A stretch of DNA of 64,000 nt from Deltaproteobacteria bacterium (lineage in GTDB: Bacteria; Desulfobacterota; WTBG01; CAIYCZ01; CAIRTM01): NCBI GenBank assembly GCA_024276465.1, contig JAJRXD010000054.1:2931-66930 (forward strand). The letters run 5' to 3'. Below are positions 38,256 to 47,785 of the stretch, one piece after another. The first letter of the stretch is position 1. Each line of letters starts with the position of its first letter. A model generated the notes under the pieces. That model saw only the letters and a list, made by a program, of their open reading frames with translations, had not been told where the DNA came from and did not search any database. Made by a program: the position numbers and the translations under genes.

Positions 38256-39128
38256 TTATATGATTTTATTTAGAGAATACTCAATTATTCCTTCTGCCCC
38301 CTGTTCCATCAGCAGTGGTACAAGCTCTCTCACCTTTGATTCAGAGATAATAGTTTCAATGGAAAACCATTCTTTCTGGTAAAGGTTTGAAATAGTGGGC
38401 GCAGTCAGGCTAGGGAGCACCTTAATGATGTTATCAAGTTTATTCTCAGGCACGTTCATCTTCAGTCCCACCATGCCATTTGCTCTCAGTGCACCCTGTA
38501 AAAGAAGTGAAATCTGTTCAATCTTCTTTTTTTTCCAGGGGTCCTGCCATGCTTTTTTGCTGGCAATAAGCTGTGTGTTTGTTTCAAGAAGTTCATGAAT
38601 TATTTTAAGGCCGTGGGCTTTGATTGTGCTTCCTGTTTCAGTGACCTCTACAATGGCATCGGCAAGACCTTCAACGACTTTCCCCTCAGTTGCTCCCCAT
38701 GAAAATTCAACATAAACATCAATATTTCTGTCACTGAAATATTTCTTTGTAAAAGAGACAAGTTCAGTGTATATTTTTTTGCCCTGCAGGTCTTCAAGTT
38801 TTTTTATGGGAGAGTCATCCTTTACTACAAGAACCCACCGGGCGGGCCTGGCAGTTGCCTTGGAATAGACAAGATCGTCAACAACAACGACGTCTGATCC
38901 GTTTTCAAGAATCCAGTCCCTGCCGGTCAGAGCAAGATCAAGGGTACCGTTTTCCACAAATCGTGGCATTTCCTGTGCCCTGACAAGAGAACAGGAAAGC
39001 TCTTCATCGTCAATTTTAGGGAAATAGCTGCGGGAACTTGTTATAATTCTCCATCCTGATTTTTTAAAAAGTTCTATGGTAGCTTTTTCAAGACTTCCCT
39101 TTGGAATCCCTATTTTTAATCTGTTCAA
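38256..39128 (-). CDS. hisG: ATP phosphoribosyltransferase, long form
   Basis: 290 aa. '[10 protein letters not shown]', 'DLALTGRDW', '[15 protein letters not shown]'. C-terminal regulatory domain. Confidence 0.93.
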   Translation of the reverse strand: MNRLKIGIPKGSLEKATIELFKKSGWRIITSSRSYFPKIDDEELSCSLVRAQEMPRFVENGTLDLALTGRDWILENGSDVVVVDDLVYSKATARPARWVLVVKDDSPIKKLEDLQGKKIYTELVSFTKKYFSDRNIDVYVEFSWGATEGKVVEGLADAIVEVTETGSTIKAHGLKIIHELLETNTQLIASKKAWQDPWKKKKIEQISLLLQGALRANGMVGLKMNVPENKLDNIIKVLPSLTAPTISNLYQKEWFSIETIISESKVRELVPLLMEQGAEGIIEYSLNKII

Positions 39129-39215
39129 AATTTAGTCCTCCTGAAATAAAAAAATTTATGTTAAATTAGCATTAATGAAAAATATGGTCAACGGTAAAAA
39201 AAAAGGAATATAAAG

Positions 39216-39938
39216 CTGACAATTCAGTTTGACGGAACACTGTATCACGGGTGGCAGACGCAAAGCAGAGACAGAACTGTGCAGCAGACTGTCCAGGATC
39301 TGCTGTCACAGATATTGAACAGTTCAGTAAAGCTTCACGGTTCCGGCAGAACAGATGCAGGGGTTCATGCTTTGGGCCAGGTTGCCCATTTTGCGGCTGA
39401 CACAGATATGGATTTAAAATCCCTTTTAAAAGGTCTGAACAGTCTGTTGCCGCAGGATATCTCTGTTATAAAGGCTGAACACGTTGGTCCTTGCTTTCAT
39501 TCACGCTTCAGCGCACAGAGCAGGATCTACTGGTACTTTATCTGGAATTCCCCCGTGATCTCCCCTTTTTACTGCAGGTACTCATGGCATGTAATTAAGC
39601 CGCTTGATATTGATGCAATGAGGGATGCTGCTCATGCCCTCACAGGGACACATGATTTTTCTTCTTTCCAGGGTGCGGATAAGGAGGAGGTCAATCCGGA
39701 ACGGGAAGTAAAAGGTGTTCGATTTAGAAGGATACGCAGGCATATGCTGATATTTGAAATACAGGCAAATTCATTTTTAAAGCGCATGGTAAGAAATATT
39801 ACAGGAACGCTTGTTGATGTTGGCAGGGGGAAGATAACCTGCCGTGAGTTCAGGGAAATTCTGGAAAAAAGAGACAGGTGTTTTGCAGGTGTAACTGCAC
39901 CGGCAAAGGGATTGTTTTTAAAGGAAGTTAAATACTGA
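39216..39938 (+). CDS. truA: tRNA pseudouridine(38-40) synthase TruA; start codon unresolved
   Basis: 'GSGRTDAGVHA' catalytic motif. The frame is open from 39198 and encodes the conserved 'KLTIQFDGTLYHGWQTQ' upstream of the first canonical start (GTG 39279). In-frame candidates are ATA 39210, CTG 39216 and ATT 39222. Confidence 0.85.
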   Translation: MTIQFDGTLYHGWQTQSRDRTVQQTVQDLLSQILNSSVKLHGSGRTDAGVHALGQVAHFAADTDMDLKSLLKGLNSLLPQDISVIKAEHVGPCFHSRFSAQSRIYWYFIWNSPVISPFYCRYSWHVIKPLDIDAMRDAAHALTGTHDFSSFQGADKEEVNPEREVKGVRFRRIRRHMLIFEIQANSFLKRMVRNITGTLVDVGRGKITCREFREILEKRDRCFAGVTAPAKGLFLKEVKY

Positions 39939-39970
39939 CAGCTTCATGAAATTACTTGGAGAGATATCTA

Positions 39971-42964
39971 ATGAGAAAATCTGTTTTTGTTGTATTCTTT
40001 ATGATTTTACTGGCTGGTTCAGCTTCAGCTGAACCAGCACAGCTCCCGCAGTATAAGCTTAATGTTTCTTTTGACATTGAGAAGAGCCTGTTGAAGGGCA
40101 GGGCTGAAATCATGCTGCCTGATGGCGCAGAGCTTGCGGTGCATGTTGACGGCCTTTCTGTTACATCCATCATGATGAACGGTAATGCGGTTGAGCCTCC
40201 GGAAGATGAATTTCAGGCTGAAGGAAGAGTTGAAATAATTTATGAAGGAACTTTTAACAGGGCAGAAACTGATTTTAAAAATTCGGGTGTTGTCTCTGGC
40301 GGCATAGTAAGTGCCGAAGGAATATTTTTAACCGGCATGTGGTATCCATCAATTGAGGGACTTGCCCATTACAGGCTTAAAGCACTGCTGCCTGACGGGT
40401 TTCAGGCTGTCTCTGAGGCTGAAGAGGTGACTGTAGCAGGGACTTCTTCAGGAACGCAGTATAGTTTCAGCTTTCCCCATCCTCTTGACGGGATAAACCT
40501 TGTGGCAGCGCATTACACAGTGGAAAAAGAGACTTTTGAAGGAATAGAAATTTTTGCATATTTTTTCCGCGAGGATGCCGGGCTCATAAAAACCTACATG
40601 GAGCATACAAAAAAGTATATCATGATGTATGGTGAGCTTTTTGGCAGGTATCCGTACAAGAGATTTTCCATTGTTGAAAATTTTCTTCCCACCGGTTATT
40701 CAATGCCCACTTTTACTCTGCTTGGACGAACGGTTGTTCGCCTTCCTTTCATAGTCAGCACCTCTCTTGGGCATGAGGTGCTCCACCAGTGGTTTGGCAA
40801 CTATGTTTTTGCAGATTACGAAAAAGGCAACTGGGTTGAAGGTCTGACATCATACCTTGCTGACCATTTTTATGACGATCAGAAGGGCAGGGGCTGGAAG
40901 CACAGAAAAAAACTTCTTCTGGATTACAGTAACTATGTGAACAGGGATAATGAGATTCCCCTTTGCCGGTTCATGGGACGAAAAGATTTTGCTACAAAGG
41001 CAATAGGATACGGTAAGGGTGCAATGGTTTTTCATATGCTGAAAAAACAGGTTGGAGATGAAAATTTTTACAGCGCTTTAAAAACACTGGTGGGGGGTAT
41101 GAAATTCAAGCAGGCTTCATGGGATGACATTATGGAAGCTTTTCAGAAGACCGCTGGAAAAGACCTCGAATGGTTTTTTAAACAGTGGCTTACGGTAAAA
41201 GGCAGCCTTTGCATATCAGTTAAAGATGCAAGGTCAATAATGCTTAAAGGTGTTCCTTTTGTATCGTTTCAGTTAATACAGAAATCAGGTCCCTGGCAAT
41301 TTAATCTCCCTGTAAGGGTGGTTACGGACAAGGGAGAGTTCAATTTCCTTCTTGCTGCAAAAAAGGAAAAAGAGTTTTTTGAAATTTCTGTAGACAGGGG
41401 GGGTATGCCCCTTGAGTTAATAATTGACGCTGATTATGACCTGATGAGAGAGTTATCTGAAGATGAAATTCCTCCGGTTGTTTCAGGTCTTCTTGGTGAT
41501 GATAACCGTTTGGTTGCTGTGCCGGACGGTAAAGGGGAAGCATATGGCAGCCTGTCCCATGGCCTGAAGGTTAAGGGATTCAATGTTGTAAAAGAATCCG
41601 ATGTGAGTGATAAGGTAATTAAATCTTCCTCCATTCTTTTCCTTGCTCAGGACGGACCGGTTGTAAACAGGCTCTTTGGTAAAAAATACAGGACTATTGC
41701 TTCTGACAATGACACAGGGGTTACCCTGACTGTTCGAAAGAATCCCTTGAACAGCGCGAGGGTTGTTGTGATTGCAAAGGGCAGCCCGGGGCAGCTGATG
41801 CCTGTTTTGAAAAGAAAGATATTTCATTACGGCAGGTATTCAACAGTCAGGTTTCAGGATGGAAGGGTTGTCCTTAAGGAGACTGCCGGGTCTGATCGTG
41901 GGATCCGCTGTTCTCTGTACAGCCCTGTAATGGGTGTAAAGCCGGAGAAGATGCAGAGTCTTGATGATATAATCAGCAGTATTGTTGATGTACCCGTAAT
42001 CTATGTGGGGGAGGGGCATACAATGTATGAGGACCACATGGTACAGCTTCATATAATAAGAAGCCTCCATGAGAACGGATGCAGGTTTGCCATTGGCATG
42101 GAAATGTTTCAGACTCCATTCCAGAGCTCCCTCGATAATTACATTGCCGGGCATATAACAGAGAAGAAATTTCTAAAGGAATCAGAGTATTTTAAAAGGT
42201 GGAAATATAACTATCATCTTTACAGGGAAATTATTGATTATGCGCGTGCAAAGGGCATTAGCATTGTAGCCCTGAATCAGAAGCAGGAAATAATTAAAAA
42301 AGTTTCAAGAGGCGGAATTGACGCCCTGACCGCGGATGAACGAAAGAGCATTCCTGATGACATGGACCTGTCTGATGAAAAGTACAGACAAAGCTTGAAA
42401 GAGGTTTTTTCCCTGCATGGGGCAGGAATGGGTATGGATTTTAATAATTTTTATCAGGCCCAGGTACTCTGGGATGAGACCATGGCCCATTCTGTTAATG
42501 AATTCCTTGTTGGAAACCCCGGATATCAGATGGTTGTAATTGCCGGTTCAGGCCATATTGCCTATGGTTCGGGTATTCCTAAAAGACTGTACAGGCTGAA
42601 CGGAAAAAAGTATGTTACGCTTGTAAATGTAAAGGCAGGAAGTCCCATTACAGGGATTGCGGACTTTGTGCTTTTTCCTGAGTCTCGTTCCCCACTGCGT
42701 GCCCCTGTTTTAGGTATTATAATTGATAAAAGCGAAGGCATGGTAAGGATCAATATGGTCAAAAAAGGCAGCCTTGCCTGGAAGGCTGGTCTGAAAAAAA
42801 AAGACAGACTTATGTATATTGATAACATGGAGATCAGGGATGTTGATGATGTCCATATAGCACTTCTTGACAAAAAACAGGGCGATACCATAAAGATAAC
42901 GGTTTTGAGAAAAAGGTTTCTGTTCGGCAATAAGGAAAGGCTGTTCAGTATAGTAGTACCCTGA
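39971..42964 (+). CDS. Secreted fusion protein: M1-family gluzincin peptidase + ChaN/Tiki-superfamily (Cofac_haem_bdg) domain + C-terminal PDZ
   Basis: Signal peptide 'MRKSVFVVFFMILLAGSASA'. 'IVEN' (GAMEN-like), 'HEVLH' at 40772-40786 with Glu at +18. 'IYVGEGHTMYEDH...AIGMEMF...YRE' ChaN-like. PDZ 'KGSLAWKAGLKKKDRLMYIDN'. Confidence 0.8.
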   Translation: MRKSVFVVFFMILLAGSASAEPAQLPQYKLNVSFDIEKSLLKGRAEIMLPDGAELAVHVDGLSVTSIMMNGNAVEPPEDEFQAEGRVEIIYEGTFNRAETDFKNSGVVSGGIVSAEGIFLTGMWYPSIEGLAHYRLKALLPDGFQAVSEAEEVTVAGTSSGTQYSFSFPHPLDGINLVAAHYTVEKETFEGIEIFAYFFREDAGLIKTYMEHTKKYIMMYGELFGRYPYKRFSIVENFLPTGYSMPTFTLLGRTVVRLPFIVSTSLGHEVLHQWFGNYVFADYEKGNWVEGLTSYLADHFYDDQKGRGWKHRKKLLLDYSNYVNRDNEIPLCRFMGRKDFATKAIGYGKGAMVFHMLKKQVGDENFYSALKTLVGGMKFKQASWDDIMEAFQKTAGKDLEWFFKQWLTVKGSLCISVKDARSIMLKGVPFVSFQLIQKSGPWQFNLPVRVVTDKGEFNFLLAAKKEKEFFEISVDRGGMPLELIIDADYDLMRELSEDEIPPVVSGLLGDDNRLVAVPDGKGEAYGSLSHGLKVKGFNVVKESDVSDKVIKSSSILFLAQDGPVVNRLFGKKYRTIASDNDTGVTLTVRKNPLNSARVVVIAKGSPGQLMPVLKRKIFHYGRYSTVRFQDGRVVLKETAGSDRGIRCSLYSPVMGVKPEKMQSLDDIISSIVDVPVIYVGEGHTMYEDHMVQLHIIRSLHENGCRFAIGMEMFQTPFQSSLDNYIAGHITEKKFLKESEYFKRWKYNYHLYREIIDYARAKGISIVALNQKQEIIKKVSRGGIDALTADERKSIPDDMDLSDEKYRQSLKEVFSLHGAGMGMDFNNFYQAQVLWDETMAHSVNEFLVGNPGYQMVVIAGSGHIAYGSGIPKRLYRLNGKKYVTLVNVKAGSPITGIADFVLFPESRSPLRAPVLGIIIDKSEGMVRINMVKKGSLAWKAGLKKKDRLMYIDNMEIRDVDDVHIALLDKKQGDTIKITVLRKRFLFGNKERLFSIVVP

Positions 42965-42969
42965 GTCAC

Positions 42970-43698
42970 TCATTTGCCATGCTCAAGCCGGGTAGCTGAA
43001 TACTCCGGGAGGCCGGCAGCAATAATTTTTTTTTGAGCCCGGGCGACATCATACTGGACCCTGATGAGCCTGTATTCATTCTTTCTCATATCATATATTC
43101 CATAGCTTGCAAGGGGGATGCCGTCCCTTGGCTGGCCAATGCTGCCTGTATTTATAATATATCTGAAACCAGCCTTGATTTTAGTGTTCTGAGGTTCTAA
43201 AGAAAATGTTTTTCCTGTATTTGCCCTCACAAAAACAGCAGGGCAGTGGGTGTGCCCAATGAAACAGAGATCATGGGAGAATGCTTTGAAATTATCAGCT
43301 GCATCACTGACAGTTACAATATAATTCCATTTTTCAGGATTAGTGACTGATGCATGGGTGCAGATGCAGTGTTTAATCTCTTTGTTCAAAGGCAGTGAGG
43401 AAAGAAAAGACCTGTTTTGTTCCGAAAGCTCGTTCCGGGTCCATTCTATGGCCTCTTTTGCTGAGGGGTTATAATTGCTTGTGTCAGTTTTGCCTGCTGC
43501 TGCCCAGTCATGGTTTCCGGCAATAAACTCATCTGATATTTCTTTCAGCATCTCAATGCATTCATTCGGGTTTGCGGCATACCCCACAATATCCCCTGTA
43601 AAAATTACCTTATCTACACCTTCACAGCGCAGGGATTTTTTAACAGAGGAAAAAGCCTCAAGATTGCTGTGCACATCTGCCAGGAAAGCTAATCGCAT
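42970..43698 (-). CDS. Metallophosphoesterase (YfcE/MJ0936-like)
   Basis: 'MRLAFLADVHSN', 'FTGDIVGY', 'GNHD', 'IGHTH'. Start at the internal ATG 43698. Confidence 0.85.
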   Translation of the reverse strand: MRLAFLADVHSNLEAFSSVKKSLRCEGVDKVIFTGDIVGYAANPNECIEMLKEISDEFIAGNHDWAAAGKTDTSNYNPSAKEAIEWTRNELSEQNRSFLSSLPLNKEIKHCICTHASVTNPEKWNYIVTVSDAADNFKAFSHDLCFIGHTHCPAVFVRANTGKTFSLEPQNTKIKAGFRYIINTGSIGQPRDGIPLASYGIYDMRKNEYRLIRVQYDVARAQKKIIAAGLPEYSATRLEHGK

Positions 43699-43860
43699 AA
43701 TAAAAAAGGATTGATTTATCTTAGTATTCAAGATAAGTATATACAAATTAAAGATTAAAGAAAAGTATATTACCAGTTTATTTACAACATCTCATATAGC
43801 GGTAAAATTTGTACCCTGTTTTATCAATTTTTAATCACAAACAGACAGTTCAGGAGAAAA

Positions 43861-44946
43861 ATGACTGACAAAGAAGAGCATCTGCGATCACTAAGGGAAA
43901 AAATTGACAAGATTGACAACCAGTTTCTTGAACTTCTCAACAAGAGGGCTGGTTATGTATTGGAGGTCGGGAAAATTAAAAAAAGGGAAAAGGGCAGGTT
44001 TCACGTGCTTGAAAGGGAAGAGGCTATTTACAAACGTCTTGCCGGCAACAACAATGGCCCGTTTCCTTCAAGAGCAATTCGTCCGATATTCAGGGAGATT
44101 ATTTCTGCCTCCTTATCTCTTGAAAAGTCTTTAAACATTGCATGCCTGGGCCCTGAGGCTACTTTTTCTCACATTGCAGCAATTCAGCAGTTTGGAGAAT
44201 CAGTGTGTTGTCTTCATACCAGCAGTGTTCCTGACATTTTTGATGAGGTCGAAAGGGGCAGAGCTGATTACGGGGTAGTTCCCATAGAGAATTCTACAGA
44301 AGGTGTTATTAATTTAACCCTGGACATGTTTGTTGAATCACCTCTGCAGATATGTGCTGAGGTAATGCTTGAGGTGTCCCAGTGCCTTTTGTCGGAGGCG
44401 GAGAAACTTGAAGAAATAAAAATTGTTTATTCCCATCCTCAGGCACTTGCCCAGTGTTATAACTGGCTGAGCAGGAACATGCCTCATGCTGAAATAAAGG
44501 AAACATTCAGCACTGCTATGGCAGCAAAAATGGCGAAAGTCGAACCGAAAAGTGCTGCTATTGCAAGTGAATTTGCCGGAAAGATTTACAGCCTGCCTGT
44601 ATGCAGGCTGAAAATTGAAGATAATGCTCAAAATTTTACAAGGTTTTGGGTGATAGGCAGCAAATCTCCCGGACGCACAGGAAATGATAAAACTTCTTTG
44701 ATGTTTTCAATAAAGGACGGTGTAGGCGCACTGCATGCAATGCTGGAACCCTTTGGAAAAAATAAGATCAATCTTACCAAAATTGAATCAAGGCCATTCA
44801 GAAAAAAACCATGGGAATATATCTTTTTTATAGACATTGAAGGGCACATAGAGGATGAGAATGTAAGTGCTGCAATTGATGGTGTTTCAACTTCTTCTCA
44901 GTTTATAAAGGTTCTTGGTTCATATCCCAGGGGAAACTATAAATAA
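43861..44946 (+). CDS. pheA: Bifunctional chorismate mutase / prephenate dehydratase
   Basis: 361 aa. CM 'LRSLREKIDKIDNQFLELLNKR', PDT 'VPIENSTEGVI', ACT 'TSLMFSIKDGVGAL', 'ESRP'. Confidence 0.93.
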   Translation: MTDKEEHLRSLREKIDKIDNQFLELLNKRAGYVLEVGKIKKREKGRFHVLEREEAIYKRLAGNNNGPFPSRAIRPIFREIISASLSLEKSLNIACLGPEATFSHIAAIQQFGESVCCLHTSSVPDIFDEVERGRADYGVVPIENSTEGVINLTLDMFVESPLQICAEVMLEVSQCLLSEAEKLEEIKIVYSHPQALAQCYNWLSRNMPHAEIKETFSTAMAAKMAKVEPKSAAIASEFAGKIYSLPVCRLKIEDNAQNFTRFWVIGSKSPGRTGNDKTSLMFSIKDGVGALHAMLEPFGKNKINLTKIESRPFRKKPWEYIFFIDIEGHIEDENVSAAIDGVSTSSQFIKVLGSYPRGNYK

Positions 44947-44948
44947 TC

Positions 44949-46043
44949 ATGAAAAATCTTGTACCGGAGCATATTAAAAATTCAAAACTTTATCCCCCTG
45001 GCTGGCCGATTGAAGAAGTTAAGCGCAAGTATGGAATTGAAAAAATTGTGAAGCTTAACTCAAATGAAAACTGCCTTGGCCCGTCTCCAATGGCTGTAAA
45101 AGCAGTTGCCGGGGCTGCTGCTGATATCAATCTTTATCCTGATAACAGTGCGTATTATCTGAAGAACAGGCTTGCAGAACAACACGGAGTTTCCCCCGAA
45201 CATATAATTCTTGGTAATGGTTCAAATGAACTGGTTCAGTTTATAATAATGACATTTCTTCAGCCGGGAGAAGAAATACTCACTGCAAAGCCGACATTTC
45301 TTCTCTATGGCATTATGGGACGTGTGATGGGGGGCAGGGTGGAAGAAATTCCTCTCAAAGATTATTCCTTTGATCTGGAAAGAATGGCGGAAAAAATTTC
45401 AAGCAAAACAAAGATTATTTTTATCAGCAATCCGAACAATCCAACCGGAACAATTGTTGACAGGGACCTGCTGGAAATGTTTATTGAATCCATTCCTGAG
45501 GATGTTATCCTGGTGCTGGATGAAGCTTATTCCGAATATGTTACCAGCAGCAATTATCCCGACTCGATGGAGTCTGCAAGACACGGAAGAAATATAATAA
45601 TCCTGAAGACTTTTTCAAAAGCATTCGGCCTTGCAGGTGTCAGAATAGGGTATGCAGCAGCACCGCCTGATCTTGTCAGCTATATGGAGCGTATTCGTGA
45701 GCCATTTAATGCCAGTGTCATTGCCCAGAGGGCAGCTCTTGCAGCTCTTGACGATAAAGGACATTTGCAGAGGACGATTAAAAACAATTGTGATGGTATT
45801 GATTACATGTATGCTCAGCTTCAAAGGATGAATCTTTTTCATGTTCCCACACAGGCAAATTTTATATTTATCCGGCTGGGTCCCAAAGCTGAAACTATCT
45901 GTGAAGATCTTATGAAAGAAGGTGTTTTAGTTCGCAGTCTGTCTGATTTTGATATGCCTGATTACATAAGGGTAACGATAGGACTTCCAGAAGAGAACAG
46001 GAGGTTTGTTGAGATCCTGGATAAAACCATTGCAGGACTGTAA
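44949..46043 (+). CDS. hisC: Histidinol-phosphate / aromatic aminotransferase
   Basis: 364 aa. 'KLNSNENCLGPSP', 'NPNNPTG', 'LKTFSKAFGLAGVRIGY'. Confidence 0.9.
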   Translation: MKNLVPEHIKNSKLYPPGWPIEEVKRKYGIEKIVKLNSNENCLGPSPMAVKAVAGAAADINLYPDNSAYYLKNRLAEQHGVSPEHIILGNGSNELVQFIIMTFLQPGEEILTAKPTFLLYGIMGRVMGGRVEEIPLKDYSFDLERMAEKISSKTKIIFISNPNNPTGTIVDRDLLEMFIESIPEDVILVLDEAYSEYVTSSNYPDSMESARHGRNIIILKTFSKAFGLAGVRIGYAAAPPDLVSYMERIREPFNASVIAQRAALAALDDKGHLQRTIKNNCDGIDYMYAQLQRMNLFHVPTQANFIFIRLGPKAETICEDLMKEGVLVRSLSDFDMPDYIRVTIGLPEENRRFVEILDKTIAGL

Positions 46044-46147
46044 TATGAACCCGAACCGTGCTGTTTTCAGATAAAGACAGTAAGTGTAAGAGTCCTCTTT
46101 GGCAAGGGGGAAAAGAGGTGGGTGATGTTTGTGAAATCATATTCTTT

Positions 46148-46161
46148 CAGAATCGCTCAAT
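46148..46161 (+). repeat. Copy of the 'CAGAATCGCTCAAT' intergenic motif, 40 nt upstream of the tyrA start
   Basis: 'cagaatcgctcaat', preceded by 'tcatattcttt'. Confidence 0.55.
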
Positions 46162-46200
46162 CCAGGATGCTTTAGCTTTATAATACAGGAACTTGCAGAT

Positions 46201-47061
46201 TTGGAAAAGATCTTTAAACATGTTGCAATTGTCGGCCTTGGCCTTATAGGGGGGTCCCTTGCCATGGCCATAAAAAAAAGGAATATGGCTGATAAAATTA
46301 TTGGTTACGGCCGCAGCTTTGAAAGGATGAAAAAGGCCTGCGAAATGGGTCTTGTTGACGAATTTCATGTCAGCTTTAAAAAAGGGCTTGAAGATGCAGA
46401 TTTAGTCGTGATCGGGACCCCTGTAAGGACTGTTTCGCGGATAGCAGGAGGGTTGATTCCCTTTCTCAAACCTGGAGTGACTGTGACTGATGTTGGAAGT
46501 GTAAAGGAAGAGATTGTTAATACGGTTGAAACATGTATGCCTGAAAACCGCTTTTTTATTGGTGGGCATCCAATTGCCGGTACCGAGAATTCAGGGTTTG
46601 AATCTGCAATCGCCGATCTCTTTGAAAACAGGATTTTTGTATTAACCCCAACTGAAAATTCGGACAGCGAGGTGCTCAATAAGCTTGAGCTGTTCTGGAA
46701 GATGACAGGGGCACGCGTAATATGTATGGATGCCAGCACTCACGACAGAATTTTTGCAGCAGTAAGCCATTTACCCCACATGGTTGCTTTTTCCCTTGTA
46801 AACGCAATGGTTGACATGAAAGACTTTGAGGAAAATATCCTTCAGTTTTCTGCAGGTGGATTTAAGGATTTTACAAGAATTGCTGCAAGCGACCCGGTTA
46901 TGTGGAGGGATATTGCTTTGCAGAACAGGGAAAATATTTTACATTCAATTGATTTTTTTGAAAATTCTCTTTCCAGACTCAAAGACGCAATTACAAGGAA
47001 TGACGGGAAAATGATTGAAGAGCTGTTTAAAACTTCAAGAGATACAAGACTTGGAATATGA
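46201..47061 (+). CDS. tyrA: Prephenate dehydrogenase
   Basis: 286 aa. TTG start. 'VAIVGLGLIGGSLA', 'DVGSVK', 'GGHPIAG'. Confidence 0.9.
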   Translation: MEKIFKHVAIVGLGLIGGSLAMAIKKRNMADKIIGYGRSFERMKKACEMGLVDEFHVSFKKGLEDADLVVIGTPVRTVSRIAGGLIPFLKPGVTVTDVGSVKEEIVNTVETCMPENRFFIGGHPIAGTENSGFESAIADLFENRIFVLTPTENSDSEVLNKLELFWKMTGARVICMDASTHDRIFAAVSHLPHMVAFSLVNAMVDMKDFEENILQFSAGGFKDFTRIAASDPVMWRDIALQNRENILHSIDFFENSLSRLKDAITRNDGKMIEELFKTSRDTRLGI

Positions 47062-47759
47062 AACTGCTGCAGAATCAAAACAGTGATAATATTATCACCA
47101 TTGATGGGCCTTCCGGCTCAGGCAAAAGCACAACAGGGAAACTTCTGGCAAGGGAAAAAGCCTTTGTTTATCTGGATACAGGTGCCATGTACAGAGCTGT
47201 AGCTTTAGCTGCCTCCCGAAAAAATCTTAATCCGGAAGATGAAGATGCACTTCGTGAACTGTGCTCTGAGATTGATATTTCCTTTAAACAGGGAAGTGAC
47301 GGACAAAAGGTTTTTTTGAACGAAGAAGATATAACTGAAAAAATCAGAACTCCTGAAATAGACATGCTTGCTTCCGGAATTTCTGCTGTAAAATCCGTCA
47401 GGCAGGCACTGGTTGAACTTCAGAGGAATGCAGGAGCCAATGGTAAAATTGTTGTTGATGGCAGGGATGCAGGAACAGTTATTTTCCCAAATGCACGATT
47501 TAAGTTTTTTTTGAATGCAACATTAGAGGAAAGAGCAAAAAGAAGATACAAAGAACTTGTTGAAAAAAATTTAAAAGTGGTATATGCTGATATATTTCGA
47601 GATGTTCAGAGAAGAGACAGGGCTGATTCCAGCAGAGAATTATCGCCACTCAGGCCTGCTGCTGATGCTGTAATTATCGATACAACAGGAATGACAATTG
47701 AAGATGTCCTGAGCAAAATTTCCAGTGAAATCGAGCTTATGGCCTCTTCATTGACATAA
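47058..47759 (+). CDS. cmk: (d)CMP kinase
   Basis: 233 aa. 'ITIDGPSGSGKST', 'LDTGAMYR', 'DGRDAGT'. ATGA overlap with tyrA. Confidence 0.93.
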   Translation: MKLLQNQNSDNIITIDGPSGSGKSTTGKLLAREKAFVYLDTGAMYRAVALAASRKNLNPEDEDALRELCSEIDISFKQGSDGQKVFLNEEDITEKIRTPEIDMLASGISAVKSVRQALVELQRNAGANGKIVVDGRDAGTVIFPNARFKFFLNATLEERAKRRYKELVEKNLKVVYADIFRDVQRRDRADSSRELSPLRPAADAVIIDTTGMTIEDVLSKISSEIELMASSLT

Positions 47760-47785
47760 AAAAAAGCAGAAAGGAAAACCTATTA

